Of a stretch of 64,000 nucleotides of DNA, positions 22,812 through 35,800 are shown piece after piece (the first letter of the stretch is position 1; each line of letters begins with the position of its first letter). A program made the position numbers and the translations under genes. The notes beneath the pieces are model-generated. The model was not told the DNA's origin. It did not search any database and saw nothing but the letters and a program-made list of their open reading frames with translations. The DNA comes from Macrostomum hystrix (Eukaryota; Animalia; Platyhelminthes): positions 6,138,001 through 6,202,000 of the forward strand of contig CATNEN010000002.1 of NCBI GenBank assembly GCA_950097015.1. Reading direction: 5' to 3'.

Positions 22812-24560
22812 TGGGATCAGGGAGTGAATAGCAACTGAGGCAGTGAGGATCAGGGAGTGGATTGCAACTGAGGCAGTGGAGGGTCAGGGAGTGGATAGCA
22901 ACTGAGGCAGTGAGGATCAGGGAGTGGATTGCAACTGAGGCAGTGGAGGGTCAGGGAGTGGATAGCAACTGAGGCAGTGAGGATCAGGGAGTGGATAGCA
23001 ACTGAGGCAATGGAGGGTCAGGGAGTGGATAGCAACTGAGGCAGTGGAGGGTCAGGGAGTGGATAGCAACTGAGGCAGTGAGGATCAGGGAGTGGATAGC
23101 AACTGAGGCAGTGAGGATCAGGGAGTGGATAGCAACTGAGGCAGTGGAGGGTCAGGGAGTGGATAGCAACTGAGGCAGTGAGGATCAGGGAGTGGACAGC
23201 AACTGAGGCAGTGGAGGGTCAGGGAGTGGATAGCAACTGAGGCAGTGGAGGATCAGGGAGTGGATAGCAACTGAGGCAGTGAGGATCAGGGAGTGGACAG
23301 CAACTGAGGCAGTGGAGGGTCAGGGAGAGGATAGCAACTGAGGCAGTGAGGATCAGGGAGTGGATAGCAACTGAGGTAGTGAGGATCAGGGAGTGGATAG
23401 CAACTGAGGCAATGGAGGGTCAGGGAGTGGATAGCAACTGAGGCAGTGGAGGGTCAGGGAGTGGATAGCAACTGAGGCAGTGGAGGGTCAGGGAGTGGAT
23501 AGCAACTGAGGCAGTGAGGATCAGGGAGTGGATAGCAACTGAGGTAGTGGAGGATCAGGGAGTGGATAGCAACTGAGGTAGTGGAGGATCAGGGAGTGGA
23601 TAGCAACTGAGGCAGTGGAGGATCAGGGAGTGGATAGCAACTGAGGCAGTGAGGATCAGGGAGTGGATAGCAACTGAGGCAGTGAGGATCAGGGAGTGGA
23701 TAGCAACTGAGGCAGTGAGGATCAGGGAGTGGATAGCAACTGAGGCAGTGAGGATCAGGGAGTGGATAGCAACTGAGGCAGTGAGGATCAGGGAGTGGAT
23801 AGCAACTGAGGCAGTGGAGGATCAGGGAGTGGATAGCAACTGAGGCAGTGGAGGATCAGGGAGTGGATAGCAACTGAGGCAGTGAGGATCAGGGAGTGGA
23901 TAGCAACTGAGGCAGTGAGGATCAGGGAGTGGATAGCAACTGAGGCAGTGAGGATCAGGGAGTGGATAGCAACTGAGGCAGTGAGGATCAGGGAGTGGAT
24001 AGCAACTGAGGCAGTGAGGATCAGGGAGTGGATAGCAACTGAGGCAGTGAGGATCAGGGAGTGGATAGCAACTGAGGCAGTGAGGATCAGGGAGTGGATA
24101 GCAACTGAGGCAGTGAGGATCAGGGAGTGGATAGCAACTGAGGCAGTGGAGGATCAGGGAGTGGATAGCAACTGAGGCAGTGGAGGATCAGGGAGTGGAT
24201 AGCAACTGAGGCAGTGGAGGATCAGGGAGTGGATAGCAACTGAGGCAGTGGAGGGTCAGGGAGTGGATAGCAACTGAGGCAGTGAGGATCAGGGAGTGGA
24301 TAGCAACTGAGGCAGTGGAGGATCAGGGAGTGGATAGCAACTGAGGCAGTGAGGATCAGGGAGTAGATAGCAACTGAGGCAGTGAGGATCAGGGAGTGGA
24401 TAGCAACTGAGGCAGTGAGGATCAGGGAGTGGATAGCAACTGAGGCAGTGGAGGATCAGGGAGTGGATAGCAACTGAGGCAGTGAGGGTCAGGGAGTGGA
24501 TAGCAACTGAGGCAGTGAGGATCAGGGAGTGGATAGCAACTGAGGTAGTGGAGGATCAGG
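22812..24560. repeat. 27/28-bp minisatellite (gaggatcagggagtggatagcaactgaggcagt[g]), about 1.75 kb
   Basis: Near-perfect head-to-tail units with no spacers. Confidence 0.97.
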
Positions 24561-24582
24561 AAGTTGAATGTTATTAAAGCAG

Positions 24583-24666
24583 TGGATGGGAATACATGTG
24601 ATGGGATCAGTGGATGGGAATACATGTGATGGGATCAGTGGATGGGAATACATGGTATGGGATCAG
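24583..24666. repeat. 28-bp tandem repeat x3 (gtggatgggaatacatgtgatgggatca)
   Basis: Adjacent to the large array and shares its gggatcag/gtggat words. Confidence 0.8.
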
Positions 24667-24982
24667 TTTACAGGTTTCGATGTCTCAAGTGCTTGTGCTT
24701 TATTAAGAAAGACATGCAGAACGGGCACGGCTAAATAGCGATTAGCGATATATTCATACATGCATAATATATTCACTGATTTCCGATCGCAGCAGATAAT
24801 ATTCAATATGCGAACAATATTTATTGACAAATAACAGTAAGACATTGAATACATTATTATGCCTTTATCGAGTGAAAGCTTGACTAAAGGCTAAAGTATT
24901 TTTAGCAAAAACTAAAAATAGGTCGCAAGCCAGGTACGAGTATTTGCTGTTTATATAGGCGGCTAAGCACTTCCAGGAATCA

Positions 24983-25064
24983 GACGAGGTGGCCGAGTGG
25001 TTATGGCGATGGACTGCTAATCCATTGGGGTTTCCCCGCGTGGGTTCGAATCCCATCCTCGTCG
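24983..25064 (+). tRNA. tRNA-Ser (anticodon GCT), 82 nt, long variable arm
   Basis: GACGAGG acceptor stem pairs with CCTCGTC; anticodon arm gatgg-actGCTaa-tccat; GGTTCGAATCC T-arm; T-run terminator shortly downstream. Confidence 0.96.
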
Positions 25065-26628
25065 AGAATAGTTTTTGCCGAAAAAGTTCGTGGCGAAGGT
25101 CAATTAATTTTGGCGAGCTTAGAAATTTGTCTCATAATTAATCGAAGCGTGAGTCCCGTCAGATGCTGTGAGCGCACTTAATTTAGCGATTCTAGTAAAA
25201 TCGTTTGCATTTTTCGAAACATATCGGTTAATAAAATTATGAATTCATTTCATATATTTTATGTTTTAATAACTACGACGCGCTGTTCAATGCCAGTTGC
25301 AGCCTGTAGTTTTAAATATTCTCAAAAAGGCAAAGCCTGGAACCAATTAAATACACGAATTAAATATTTTTTGGTGAAACAATGGAATATTTTAAAGGTC
25401 TTTTTTATTTGGACTAATCGCCTGTATAGCCAGAAGAGAACAAAAAAAGTATTAAAAAACAAACATGTTGCTCCTTGGACTGATGCAACAATAGCGACCG
25501 GGATTGAAAAATAATAATAAACTTGCCTAATTAGCGATGCTGAACAGTTACAATTAAAAAAATGACCGGGCTAGTAGCAGAAGTCAAAGAGCTGTAGAAC
25601 GCGAATCGATTGTTGAATAGAAATTTCTTTAAGGTCAGACTTAGGAATCCGCTACTAGGATTACAAGGCTCTACTTTAACTCTCGGTTCAGTCAAAACGT
25701 GGCTCTAATTTTGTTTGCTATCCTAAACTAATCAGAAAAACGCTATACTGTCTACTCAAGCTAGGTAGTTAAAGACAATAGCGCATATTGCTGCTTAAAT
25801 TAGGGTTGACTGGCAAAGCTGTAAAACAAAATCTGCCTTATCTCTTCCGCATACTGGCTAAAACAAGCGACTTCGTGTGTCAAAGCGATAAATAAAAATA
25901 AACTTATAGCTTCAAATATATTAATCGTGTCAACGAAACTATATAAAAATGATTTGATTGCAATTGAATTCGAAGTAAGCGTAAAACAGAGGGAGACAGA
26001 CACAACAGCTAGGTGACAAAACGAAAACAAGCGTTTACTAGAAAAGCTGATAATCGAATTAGAATAAAAACAAAGACAGAAACAAGACGCAATCTAAAGC
26101 TAATTTTATTCTTGTTTAACTGCAGAATGGCGAAATGGGACCAAAGAGATGTAAAACAAAAAGCCACTGCTTCGCTCTAATGCTACTGAATAGGAAACTG
26201 AAGATTTTAAATAGAAAAATACGCATGGAGACAGCTGAAATTAATACCCCATTCTCTACGACGGAGTCGAAAATTCCCTAAAAACTGAAGCTAAAGTTGC
26301 AAATGTACTTTTCGACACATATCGGCTGAAATACCAAAAGATGACTAAAAATGTATAGTTGTAATTAAGAGTTAGACCGAATAGGTGTGCTTTAGAAAAA
26401 ATAATAAGACAGAGAGTGACGCGATTGTGAGAGTAGCATATGACGGACATACTATAAATAGGTGTTTCAAGTAGATGCTTTTATTAGTAGCTAAACAGTT
26501 GAATAGGACCAGGCCAACAAGACAGACTGGTTAGAGGCATAGAGATGAGACAGAAGAGCAAAGGGGGCACGGACAGACAGAAAAAGGGGGAAATTAAAGA
26601 GTTTATAGAGGCCAGTAACTCAGTTGAA

Positions 26629-29600
26629 TTACTTCGAAGCGTTCGCCTTGGCCCCGCTGCCGCCGCCTTCCTTCTTGTTGACAGCGTAGGACAGTTTTAG
26701 GCGGGCCGACTCGCCCACAATGGCATGGTTGGCCAGGCAGATGGCGTCCGTGGCGTCCTGGGGTGTCTCGAAGGTGATCCAGCCAGTTGTGCACTTCTCG
26801 CTCTGCATGACCACCTCAACGGGGGCGGGGGCGCCGGCCTCCTTCAGGGCTTCGCGCACCGTTTCATCGTCGCTACCGTCAGGACAGCCCCAGAAGTACA
26901 GCACCTTGCCAGTCTTGCCCAGGGAGGCCTGATTTTTGGAGGCCGACTCCGGCGTCATGAAGCGGTTGAACTTCAGCGTATCGTAAGACTTTTCAGCCAG
27001 GGTGCCGTCGGACAGGGTGAAGTCCTTGGTGTTGCGCTTCACATTGTCCTGCGGTGTGGTTGAATTTTTTCGGGGGGGCGGAGAGTAGGATGAGCTTGGG
27101 GCGAAGTTGACTGACAGGGTTTCACAGGGAATTACACACGAAAGACGGAATTTCAGACGAAAAACAGAAAACGACACAATAGACCTGGAAAAACAGACAA
27201 AAGACAAGGAAATTACAGAAAAAGGACAGGGAAATGCAGAAAAAAACTTACGAAACTTTGAAGAAAGCAACTCACCTGGTCAGAAAGCGACACCCTGATG
27301 GTGCTGCCAAGGATGCGCTGGTTGTTGAGATGCTGCAGCGCCTGCTGAGCAGATCCGGAGTCGCACATCTCAACAAGGGCGAAGCCCTCCTTGGTGGTGA
27401 GGAACTTGATCCGGCTGACATTGCCGTACAGCACCAGCACGTTGAACAGCCGGTCGCAGTTCATCTGGCTGCTGAGGCCGCGGATCACGATGATGTTCTG
27501 GCCGGGGTGCGCGTAGGCGGCGGCGTAGCCGGCGGAGGCGGGGTTGGCGGCGGCCGCGGCCGCGGCCACTCGCGACACCAGATTCATGGCGCTCTGGGCC
27601 AGCAGCTCGTTGCCGGAGGCGCCAACTCCGACGCCGCCGCCGGCCGAGCCGACGATGCCGCCGGTGGCTTGGCCGGTCAGCTGGCCGGGCCGGCCCACCA
27701 TGCCCATCGAGTGCCCGATGCCGCCGGCGCCGACGAGGCCCTGTAGGCGGGTGCCGAGTAGGCCGACCTCGTCGTTAGGATTGCCGAGCAGGCCGCCGCC
27801 GCCGCCGCCACCTCCGGGTACAACGCGGGCTCGCTTGTGCATGCCGGCGGAAGCTGCGGCCGCGCCGCCGCCAAAGACAGCCATGGCCTCGGCGTCGCCT
27901 TCGTAGCGGTACTCTTCGAGCACGGTCTCTCTGGAGAGATTCGGCAGCGTAAGCTTTGTGCTTTGCTCAAACTTATTATCAGCATAATTTATAGTGCACT
28001 GCTCAAAGTAATTCTGATTTGTACTTCAATACAAACTGTACTGAGTCTGACCTGGACATAAAGTACTCAAATGCGTTAGCCCTGGCGTAGTCGCAGCGAA
28101 TGGCATTGCAGTTGGTGTACATGTTGGCACCGTTTAGAAACGGCTTGGCCAGAGCGGCGTCTTCCAGTCGCTCAAATTCCACAATGGCCCGGTGCAGGCC
28201 GTCCTGTGTGGGAGAGGCAACCAACCAGGTTTGGAAGAAGTGAATATGAACAGCTGGGATAGGCACAGATTTGAGATCGATGGCTATTGGGAAGAGATGG
28301 GAAATAGATGAGATAAAGAAATGGAAGACAATGAAGAAGAAGGGGAAGGAAAATAAGGAAAGGGAATAAATAGGAGAGGAAAAGACAGGGAAGGGAGAGG
28401 AAAAGAAGGGGAAGGGGGAGAAAAAGAAGGGGAAGGGGGAGAAAAAGGAGGGGAAGAGGGAGGAAAAGAAGGGGAAGGGGAGGAAAAGAAGGGGAAGAGG
28501 GAGGAAAAGAAGGGGAAGAGGGAGGAAAAGAAGGGGAAGGGGAGAAAAAGAAGGGGAAGGGGAGAAAAAGAAGGGGAAGAGGGAGGAAAAGAAGGGGAAA
28601 GAAAGAGGAAAAGAAGGGGAAGAGGGAGGAAAAGAAGGGGAAGAGGGAGGAAAAGAAGGGGAAGGGGAGAAAAAGAAGGGGAAGGGGAGAAAAAGGAGGG
28701 GAAGAGGGAGGAAAAGAAGGGGAAGGGGAGAAAAAGAAGGGGAAGGGGAGAAAAAGAAGGGGAAGGGGAGGAAAAGAAGGGGAAGGGGAGAAAAAGAAGG
28801 GGAAGAGGGAGGAAAAGAAGGGGAAGGGGAGGAAAAGAAGGGGAAGAGGGAGGAAAAGAAGGGGAAGGGGAGGAAAAGAAGGGGAAGGGGAGGAAAAGAA
28901 GGGGAAGGGGAGGAAAAGAAGGGGAAGGGGAGAAAAAGAAGGGGAAGAGGGAGGAAAAGAAGAGGAAGGGGGAGAAAAAGAAGGGGAAGGGGGAGAAAAA
29001 GAAGGGGAAGAGGGAGGAAAAGAAGGGGAAGGGGGAGAAAAAGAAGGGGAAGGGGGAGAAAATGAAGGGGAAGAGGGAGGTAAACAGATCGAGGTAGGGG
29101 AGAAGCAAGAGACTAGGTAAGAAAGTAGGCCAGCAGCATGCGCTCACCTGCTGTCGGATGATGACGCATCTCTCGATGATGGCGTAGGGGCTGCAGATCT
29201 GGCGCACATCGGTGCAGTTGAAGTCCATCTTCATGTTGTAGATGGTGAGCAGTAGGCAGTTCTGAGCTCCCACGGACAGGTAGGGCTCCTGGCTGAGGTC
29301 GATACGGGAGCGGTTAGAGAAGCTGATGATGACGCTGGAGCCTTTGAAATTGACGCCCGGGCCGGAGTGGTGATAGGCGATGAGGCGCTCGGCGTCGCTG
29401 AGTCGCAGGTACTCAATGAGGGCCTGGTGCTTGGCCGGCATGGGGAAGATCAGCTGGATCTTGCCGAACTCCTACGGAACAAGTCGTTACTTTTAGCGTT
29501 AATATAAATCCTTATCAAATCCTTAATTAATCCAATTCTTATTCGTGTGTGGATACCCTTATGCAGGCAGGCACACACTCACACAGGTGGGTACACTCTC

Positions 29601-29875
29601 ACATCTAATCCAGAGAGAGACAAAGAGCCGCAGCTCACCTGGAACGCGCGGCGCAGCTCCAGTTCGCAGGTGTTTCCAGGAATTTCGCCGACAAAGACCA
29701 CACAGCTTGGCGGATTCTGCTGCGCCGACTGTTGGCCGTTGAATTTGCGCTTCCGTTCAACAGCGGCTGCTGCGGCCGCGTTGCCAACCTGCACCGGTGC
29801 ATACTGCTGCTGCATAGGCATGGCCTGCATCTGGTGCATCTGCTGCATGTGCTGCATGTGCTGCATTGACTGCAT
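26629..29875 (-). CDS. HNRNPL: Heterogeneous nuclear ribonucleoprotein L-like (4 RRM), 595 aa; exons 29875-29639, 29471-29148, 28203-28052, 27930-27276, 27048-26629
   Basis: [88 protein letters not shown] are hnRNP L RRM motifs; phases consistent (1788 nt). Confidence 0.9.
28300..29085. repeat. Polypurine/polypyrimidine low-complexity minisatellite (gaaaagaaggggaagggga) in hnRNP L intron 2
   Basis: 28387-29062 appears to contain only A and G on the + strand. Confidence 0.92.
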
Positions 29876-30519
29876 GTTCAACTAATTACTCACTTCCTTG
29901 CTTTCGAATAAGAGTTAGGAATTGTTTTTAGGGGAAATTATAGTATAGAAGGCTGGAAAGAATTTGGGAAATTCCGCTTTAATCCAGACAATTTCAAAGC
30001 AAAGAAGTAAGTTCGAAACAAAGACTTTGATTGCGTTACTTTCGAGGACCTCTAAAAATTACTTTTTGAAGTGCTATTTTCAGAGGTCCGTGCAAACGAT
30101 TCGTCAAAGCGTTGACTTCTTAAGGCAGAAAAAAGAATTAAGAAACAAGACGCGAGGCCTCAGTAAAAGACAGTCTGAATCTGCAGCTATCTTTCCTAGA
30201 ATCTGCAAATTTGCTTTTCTTTGTTGAAAGCAATGAACAAGAAATAGAACAAGCAAAGTGCACAGATTTGTACAAAGACTGCTAAGTGAGACACGGGAAT
30301 TGATTTAATTCATAACAAATCACTTGTACATAGGCCGGAAAAAGATAAAGACAAAGACTGCTGTCAAGTAAGAATAAAGAGCAAATTAAGATTATTTGGA
30401 CTAGACAAACTTTCTATGAAAGAACCGATCGATAAGCAGGTTAAAATGCAGCAAAGTAAATGCAATAAAGAGTACTTTAGAATTGAATGCCATGGAATTT
30501 CAAGAACAGGCAGACACGA

Positions 30520-30720
30520 GGCAGCCGGACAGTTTGAAGGACAGCGGAGAGAGCTCCCGATTTCTGACGGAGAGGTCGGGAGTTCGATTCTCATCACAAG
30601 GGAATTCCTGTCCCTAAGCAAGCTGAGCTGGGGAGGGAAAGAAGTTTGGGTGCGTGTCCACGGACTAAATAGCTGTACACAGCGTTAATTTGAATACAGC
30701 AAGTAATAGCTGCGGCTGCG
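30520..30720 (+). mobile_element. SINE family B-like remnant
   Basis: ggtcgggagttcgattctc B-box, then gtccacggact body word. Confidence 0.55.
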
Positions 30721-31277
30721 ACACTGACTGTACGCCTGGGCTATGAGCAGTTCAATCTATACTGTAACCCCTGACACATTGTTGAACTCAGATAATGCTC
30801 CTCTTAAACCCACAGTATATTTTATCGGCCCTAGAAATCTAACAAATTAGATCTAACAATAAGAGAAACATGAAGACAAAAGACTGCATAATTAACAGAC
30901 GAACAAAGACTATAGCGGAGCACAACAAGAATTAGGACTGAAAACAAATCCAATACAAAAATGAAGTTCAACTGCGGACACTCAATCCAAGTTTAAGACC
31001 AGAGCAGTTCAGCAATAGAAAGGCCTAGAGATCTATTTAGAAGAATTGTTACTGAAGCCAGCGAAGAAGCTGAAGCTGTTAGATCGATATGATTGACAGT
31101 ACCTGGAACTGGATTGGGAAGCTCGCACCGCCATACCGCCTGCGGGAATTCTGGAAGGAAGAGTTTGAATTCGATTGACAAAGCGAATTATGTAGCATCT
31201 CCTCTGTATTCCTGACTCGACTTTCAAATATCCTCCGACTTTTTTACCTCTGTCTGAACTCCGATGCGGAATGGTCG

Positions 31278-32185
31278 TCTCATCTCTCCCCTGTCCCATT
31301 TCCCTTATCTTATCTCTCCCCTGTCTCATTTCCCTTATCTTATCTCTCCCCTGTCTCATTTCCCTTATCTTATCTCTCCCCTGTCTTATTTCCCTTATCT
31401 TATCTCTCCCCTGTCTCATTTCCCTTATCTTATCTCTCCCCTGTCTCATTTCCCTTATCTTATCTCTCCCCTGTCTCATTTCCCTTATCTTATCTCTCCC
31501 CTGTCTTATTTCCCTTATCTTATCTCTCCCCTGTCTCATTTCCCTTATCTTATCTCTCCCCTGTCTTATTTCCCTTATCTTATCTCTCCCCTGTCTCATT
31601 TCCCTTATCTTATCTCTCCCCTGTCTCATTTCCCTTATCTTATCTCTCCCCTGTCTTATTTCCCTTATCTTATCTCTCCCCTGTCTCATTTCCCTTATCT
31701 TATCTCTCCCCTGTCTCATTTCCCTTATCTTATCTCTCCCCTGTCTTATTTCCCTTATCTTATCTCTCCCCTGTCTCATTTCCCTTATCTTATCTCTCCC
31801 CTGTCTCATTTCCCTTATCTTATCTCTCCCCTGTCTCATTTCCCTTATCTTATCTCTCCCCTGTCTCATTTCCCTTATCTTATCTATCCCCTGTCTCATT
31901 TCCCTTATCTTATCTCTCCCCTGTCTCATTTCCCTTATCTTATCTCTCCCCTGTCTCATTTCCCTTATCTTATCTCTCCCCTGTCTCATTTCCCTTATCT
32001 TATCTCTCCCCTGTCTTATTTCCCTTATCTTATCTCTCCCCTGTCTCATTTCCCTTATCTTATCTCTCCCCTGTCTCATTTCCCTTATCTCATATCTTCC
32101 CTGTCACATCTCACTTATCTCATCTCTTCCCTGTCTCATCTACCTTATCTCATCTCTTCCCTGTCTCATCTTACTTATTTTCTCT
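31278..32185. repeat. 30-bp minisatellite (ctgtctcatttcccttatcttatctctccc), about 30 copies
   Basis: Highly homogeneous tandem units between HEATR1 and hnRNP L. Confidence 0.97.
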
Positions 32186-32858
32186 CTCTTTAGTCTGCCT
32201 TTACTTCTCCCTGTTTCTGAATTTCAGAATAAAAAAGAACAATGACCAACAACAAAGACAAAAGAATAAAGTCCAGACAAAATGCTTTTATTTTCACAAT
32301 CAGTCAACAGTCATTAAATAGTCCAACAGGTAACGAGGGTACAACAGTTCACGATAGCAGTACCGGAGCACAATGAGTTGAAAGTGTTTAATCGCATGCA
32401 TATCGATTAGGAAGTAACAAAAATGCCAATTAAGCACAATAACTGCCTTCAATAACTATGATTTTACCAATCAGAGAATTTCGAAGAAGAATAAGTCAAA
32501 CACCACTTTCATAACCAGCGACTCAAACTTAAGATTGCCGTTGTTCGTATCAGTTGTTGTATTTATCTAACAGTTTTTTTCATTGTCTAACAGGTTTTGT
32601 GTCCTTGCGCAATACACTTTACCCAACTGCAACCAGCTGTAACTGTAACCAGCGTCAGGTAGGGTTGTGCCAACGGCTGTACATAGGGCCTGTACTTTAT
32701 ATATATTATTCTATTCTATTCTGCAGATGTTGTATTCCAGTGGTTAGAAGGTCGGGAGTTCGAATCCCGACTCCACTGGAACAATTTTTCCCATTTAGCA
32801 ACCACTTCCCTGCACCCTGCAGCCCGAATCCCTGCACCTTGCTGGTCTTCGCATCAGC

Positions 32859-35800
32859 CTACAAGTCCAAGGAGCCGACCGCCCGCCGTTCGATCTCGGT
32901 CAGCAGCCGCTGAGCCAGGCGCTCCACCTCCTCGGAGTCGTCTTCGGCCAGCTCGGCCAGGGCTGGCACGCAGTCGGCTGCGACGCTGTCGATAAAATCA
33001 TCACCGAGGCAGTCCAAAAGGCGTTGAATCGCCTGCAGGGACGTCAGCCGGACAGTCCTGGAGTTGGCGTGACGGCAGCCGCGGTCGCAGAGCCGTCTGA
33101 TCAGCGGCTTCAGGAGAGCCTCGTCACCGGAAGCTGCCTGAGCGTAGGCGACCAGGCAGGGCAGCAGGTGCTTTGCCGGATCCGCCGATGCCACCAGGCG
33201 GTCAACCAGCAGGGAGCCCAGGCTGTCCATCAGGTCCAGGCTCAGGCTGGAGGCGGCAGCCGGGAACAGCGCCTCCAGGTAGGCCAGCAGCCATCGGGCT
33301 AGTCGACGCTGTTGAGCTGATCCACCGCTAGAGCCGACATCAGATTCAAGACTGAGCAGTGCAGCTGCGTGCTGGGGAGCGTCCAGCTCGAAGAGCAGGC
33401 CGGGCAGGCCGGGCACCGCCGGCGCTGTCAGGGCCTTCGCTAGCAGACGGTGGTAGGCGGCTTCGCGAGTGGCGTTGTCCGAGGACCAGTCCTGGAGGAG
33501 GTGCGGGTTAGTGGAAGGGTTGGTATGATCGACTTTCTAGCAATGAGAATAGAATATCACATTACCAACAATGAGAATAGAGTATCCCATTCCAACAATG
33601 ACAATAGAATATCCCATGGCAAACAATGAGAATAGAATATCCCATTCCTAACAATGACAATATAATATCCCATTGCAAACAATGAGAATAGAATATCCCA
33701 TTCTCAACAAAGAGAGCATAAGATTTCCTTTACTCTAAGACTCACCTGCAAACTCTGTAGCAGCATCGCCCTGCTAGCAGGAGGCAGCGGGATGAGACAG
33801 GCTCCCAGCTGTGCCACCAGGCGGCTCTGAGCTTTCTCGTCCTGCTCATCGTCACCTTCCAGATCCTCATCGTCTCCCGAATCCGAATCCGCATTGTCGT
33901 TGTCCGAATCGTGCTCAAATACCGAGTCCAGCAGGCGGCCGAACAGGTCTGCCAGTTCAGCTTCGTAGTCGGCCAGGGACTCACCACCTTCAGCCAGCTC
34001 GTCGTCATCGTCCTCGTCGGTGTCATTGTTGTATTTATCAGCCGAGCTGGTCAAGACTGTCGTCTCGAGGTTGAGTCGCAACAGTCGGGCCCACTGCTCC
34101 GCTGGTTGCCATGGTCGATGCTTGTTGCCAAGCGACTGCAGCTGGCTTAGGCATCTCTGCATAGTTGGCAACAGCTGCGAAGGATGAATGCCGCGCGCCA
34201 CTGTGCTCAGCACGATGCGCAGCTTCGGCTTTAGCTGCGAGTCAGAGGCTGGAAATGAGCGAGCGAGGGGGAAATTGCTGATCGCGACTTATAACAAATG
34301 GCGGCCAATAGTCACGGGGTAATTGAACGATGATGTCCTTGTCTATGACTGTCTACTCGGCAACTGAACTGTAACCGGTGACACCGATGATATAACAGGT
34401 GATCTAACAGGTTAAATGTAATTGTCTAACAGGTGACACCCGAATCTCTAACAGGTGAAGGCCGTATCTCTAACAGGTGAAGGCCGTATCTCTAACAGGT
34501 GAAGGCCGTATCTCTAACAGGTGAAGGGCGTATCTCTAACAGGTGAAGGCCGTATATCTAACAGGTGAAGGCCGTATCTCTAACACGTGAAGGACGTATC
34601 TTAAACGCATGTGAAGGCCGTATCTCTAACAGGTGAGACCCGTGTCATAAACTGCTGAAATCTGTATCTAATAACAGGTGAAATCCGAGTCTTCTACACA
34701 CACAGATACTGTACACAGGCATACGCTCACGCAGGTGTGTACATCTGCCCCGACTTTCTCATTGTCAGGCAGTGTACACTTTCACTGTGCTTTGGAGGTG
34801 GCCCTCAAGGGCGTAAATTGCACGACAAGCCCCCAAGCCTTGTCTCCGCGGCCGCAAATGTGGCCTCGCCGCGGAATCGAGCTCAGGGTCCTTGGTGCGA
34901 GAGGCTAACGAGTTAACCGCTCTGCCATCTAATTTAATTTTAGTGAGAGGAGCATGTCTATCAGAAAGACGAACTCTAATTGAACTCACTCAACATCAGG
35001 TCGATGGTGACAGGCAGCAGCTCAGCCAAGTATGGCACCATCAGGTCCACCATGGAGACGCAGCACTGCTGGAGGAAGGCAAACGAGGCCAGCAGGACAA
35101 CAGTGGGAGTTTGCGATTGCCGCTGCAGACACGGCAGCAGGCGGGGCATTAGCCTAGCAACTAACGGCAGAGACTCGATGCCGAGCTGTTTGACAGCTTC
35201 AGCAAAGACAAGCAGTGCGCAACCGAACGATTCCCAGCTGCTGCTGCTGTTGCTGTTGCTGTCAGCAGCGCCGACCGCACACTCAGCGGCAGAGGCGGGA
35301 GAGACGGTGTTTGGCATACAGCAGGCATCGGAGCTCGCAACGCCAAGGCAGAAGTTCATAACCAGCTTGGGCTCTGATTGGCCGAGCAGGCGGACCAGCT
35401 CGCGGCCGCAGATCAGGGCCACCTGCACAATGGGACAGAGTGAGGAATTTAACAGACGCAGAAAATCTGCCGAGTTCGGCTGATTCCCACATGGAATCGA
35501 ACGAAAACAATATCGATGAGCAAATAGGACTCACCTGGCTACCCGACCAATTCTTCTCAACACCTGCCAGACAATCTAGCAGAGACTGTTTGAGCACGGG
35601 CAGGGCAGCCGATCTGTCCAGGCCAGTCAGCTTGCTGAGCATCAAGTCGAGAGCCTTCCGCCTCACCGCCAGCTCCTGTCTGGCCAGCAGGCCGCAGACC
35701 ACGCGCAAAAATTGAGCACCCGGAACCGCCTGCTCGGCCCGCTCGATGGTGCGAACGCACAGAGCCGCCAGGTGGCGCTGCTGCTGCTGCTGCTGAGCAC

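Noticed and set aside
22812-24560. CRISPR-like appearance and ORFs (MRIREWIATEAV...)n
   Set aside because: Units are head-to-tail with no unique spacers and no cas genes; the ORFs are by-products of a 27-bp period
24999-25008. tRNA-Ser D-arm reads GGTTATGGCG rather than GGTTAAGGCG
   Set aside because: The change is at position 22 and gives a G13-U22 wobble; likely benign, not evidence of a pseudogene
28284-29441. 385-aa ORF with a Pro/Phe/Ser tail
   Set aside because: The real exon ends at 29148; the tail is read-through into the polypyrimidine intron
31033-32245. Long repetitive ORFs on both strands (300-350 aa)
   Set aside because: A 30-bp stop-free minisatellite opens several frames; no splice or domain support
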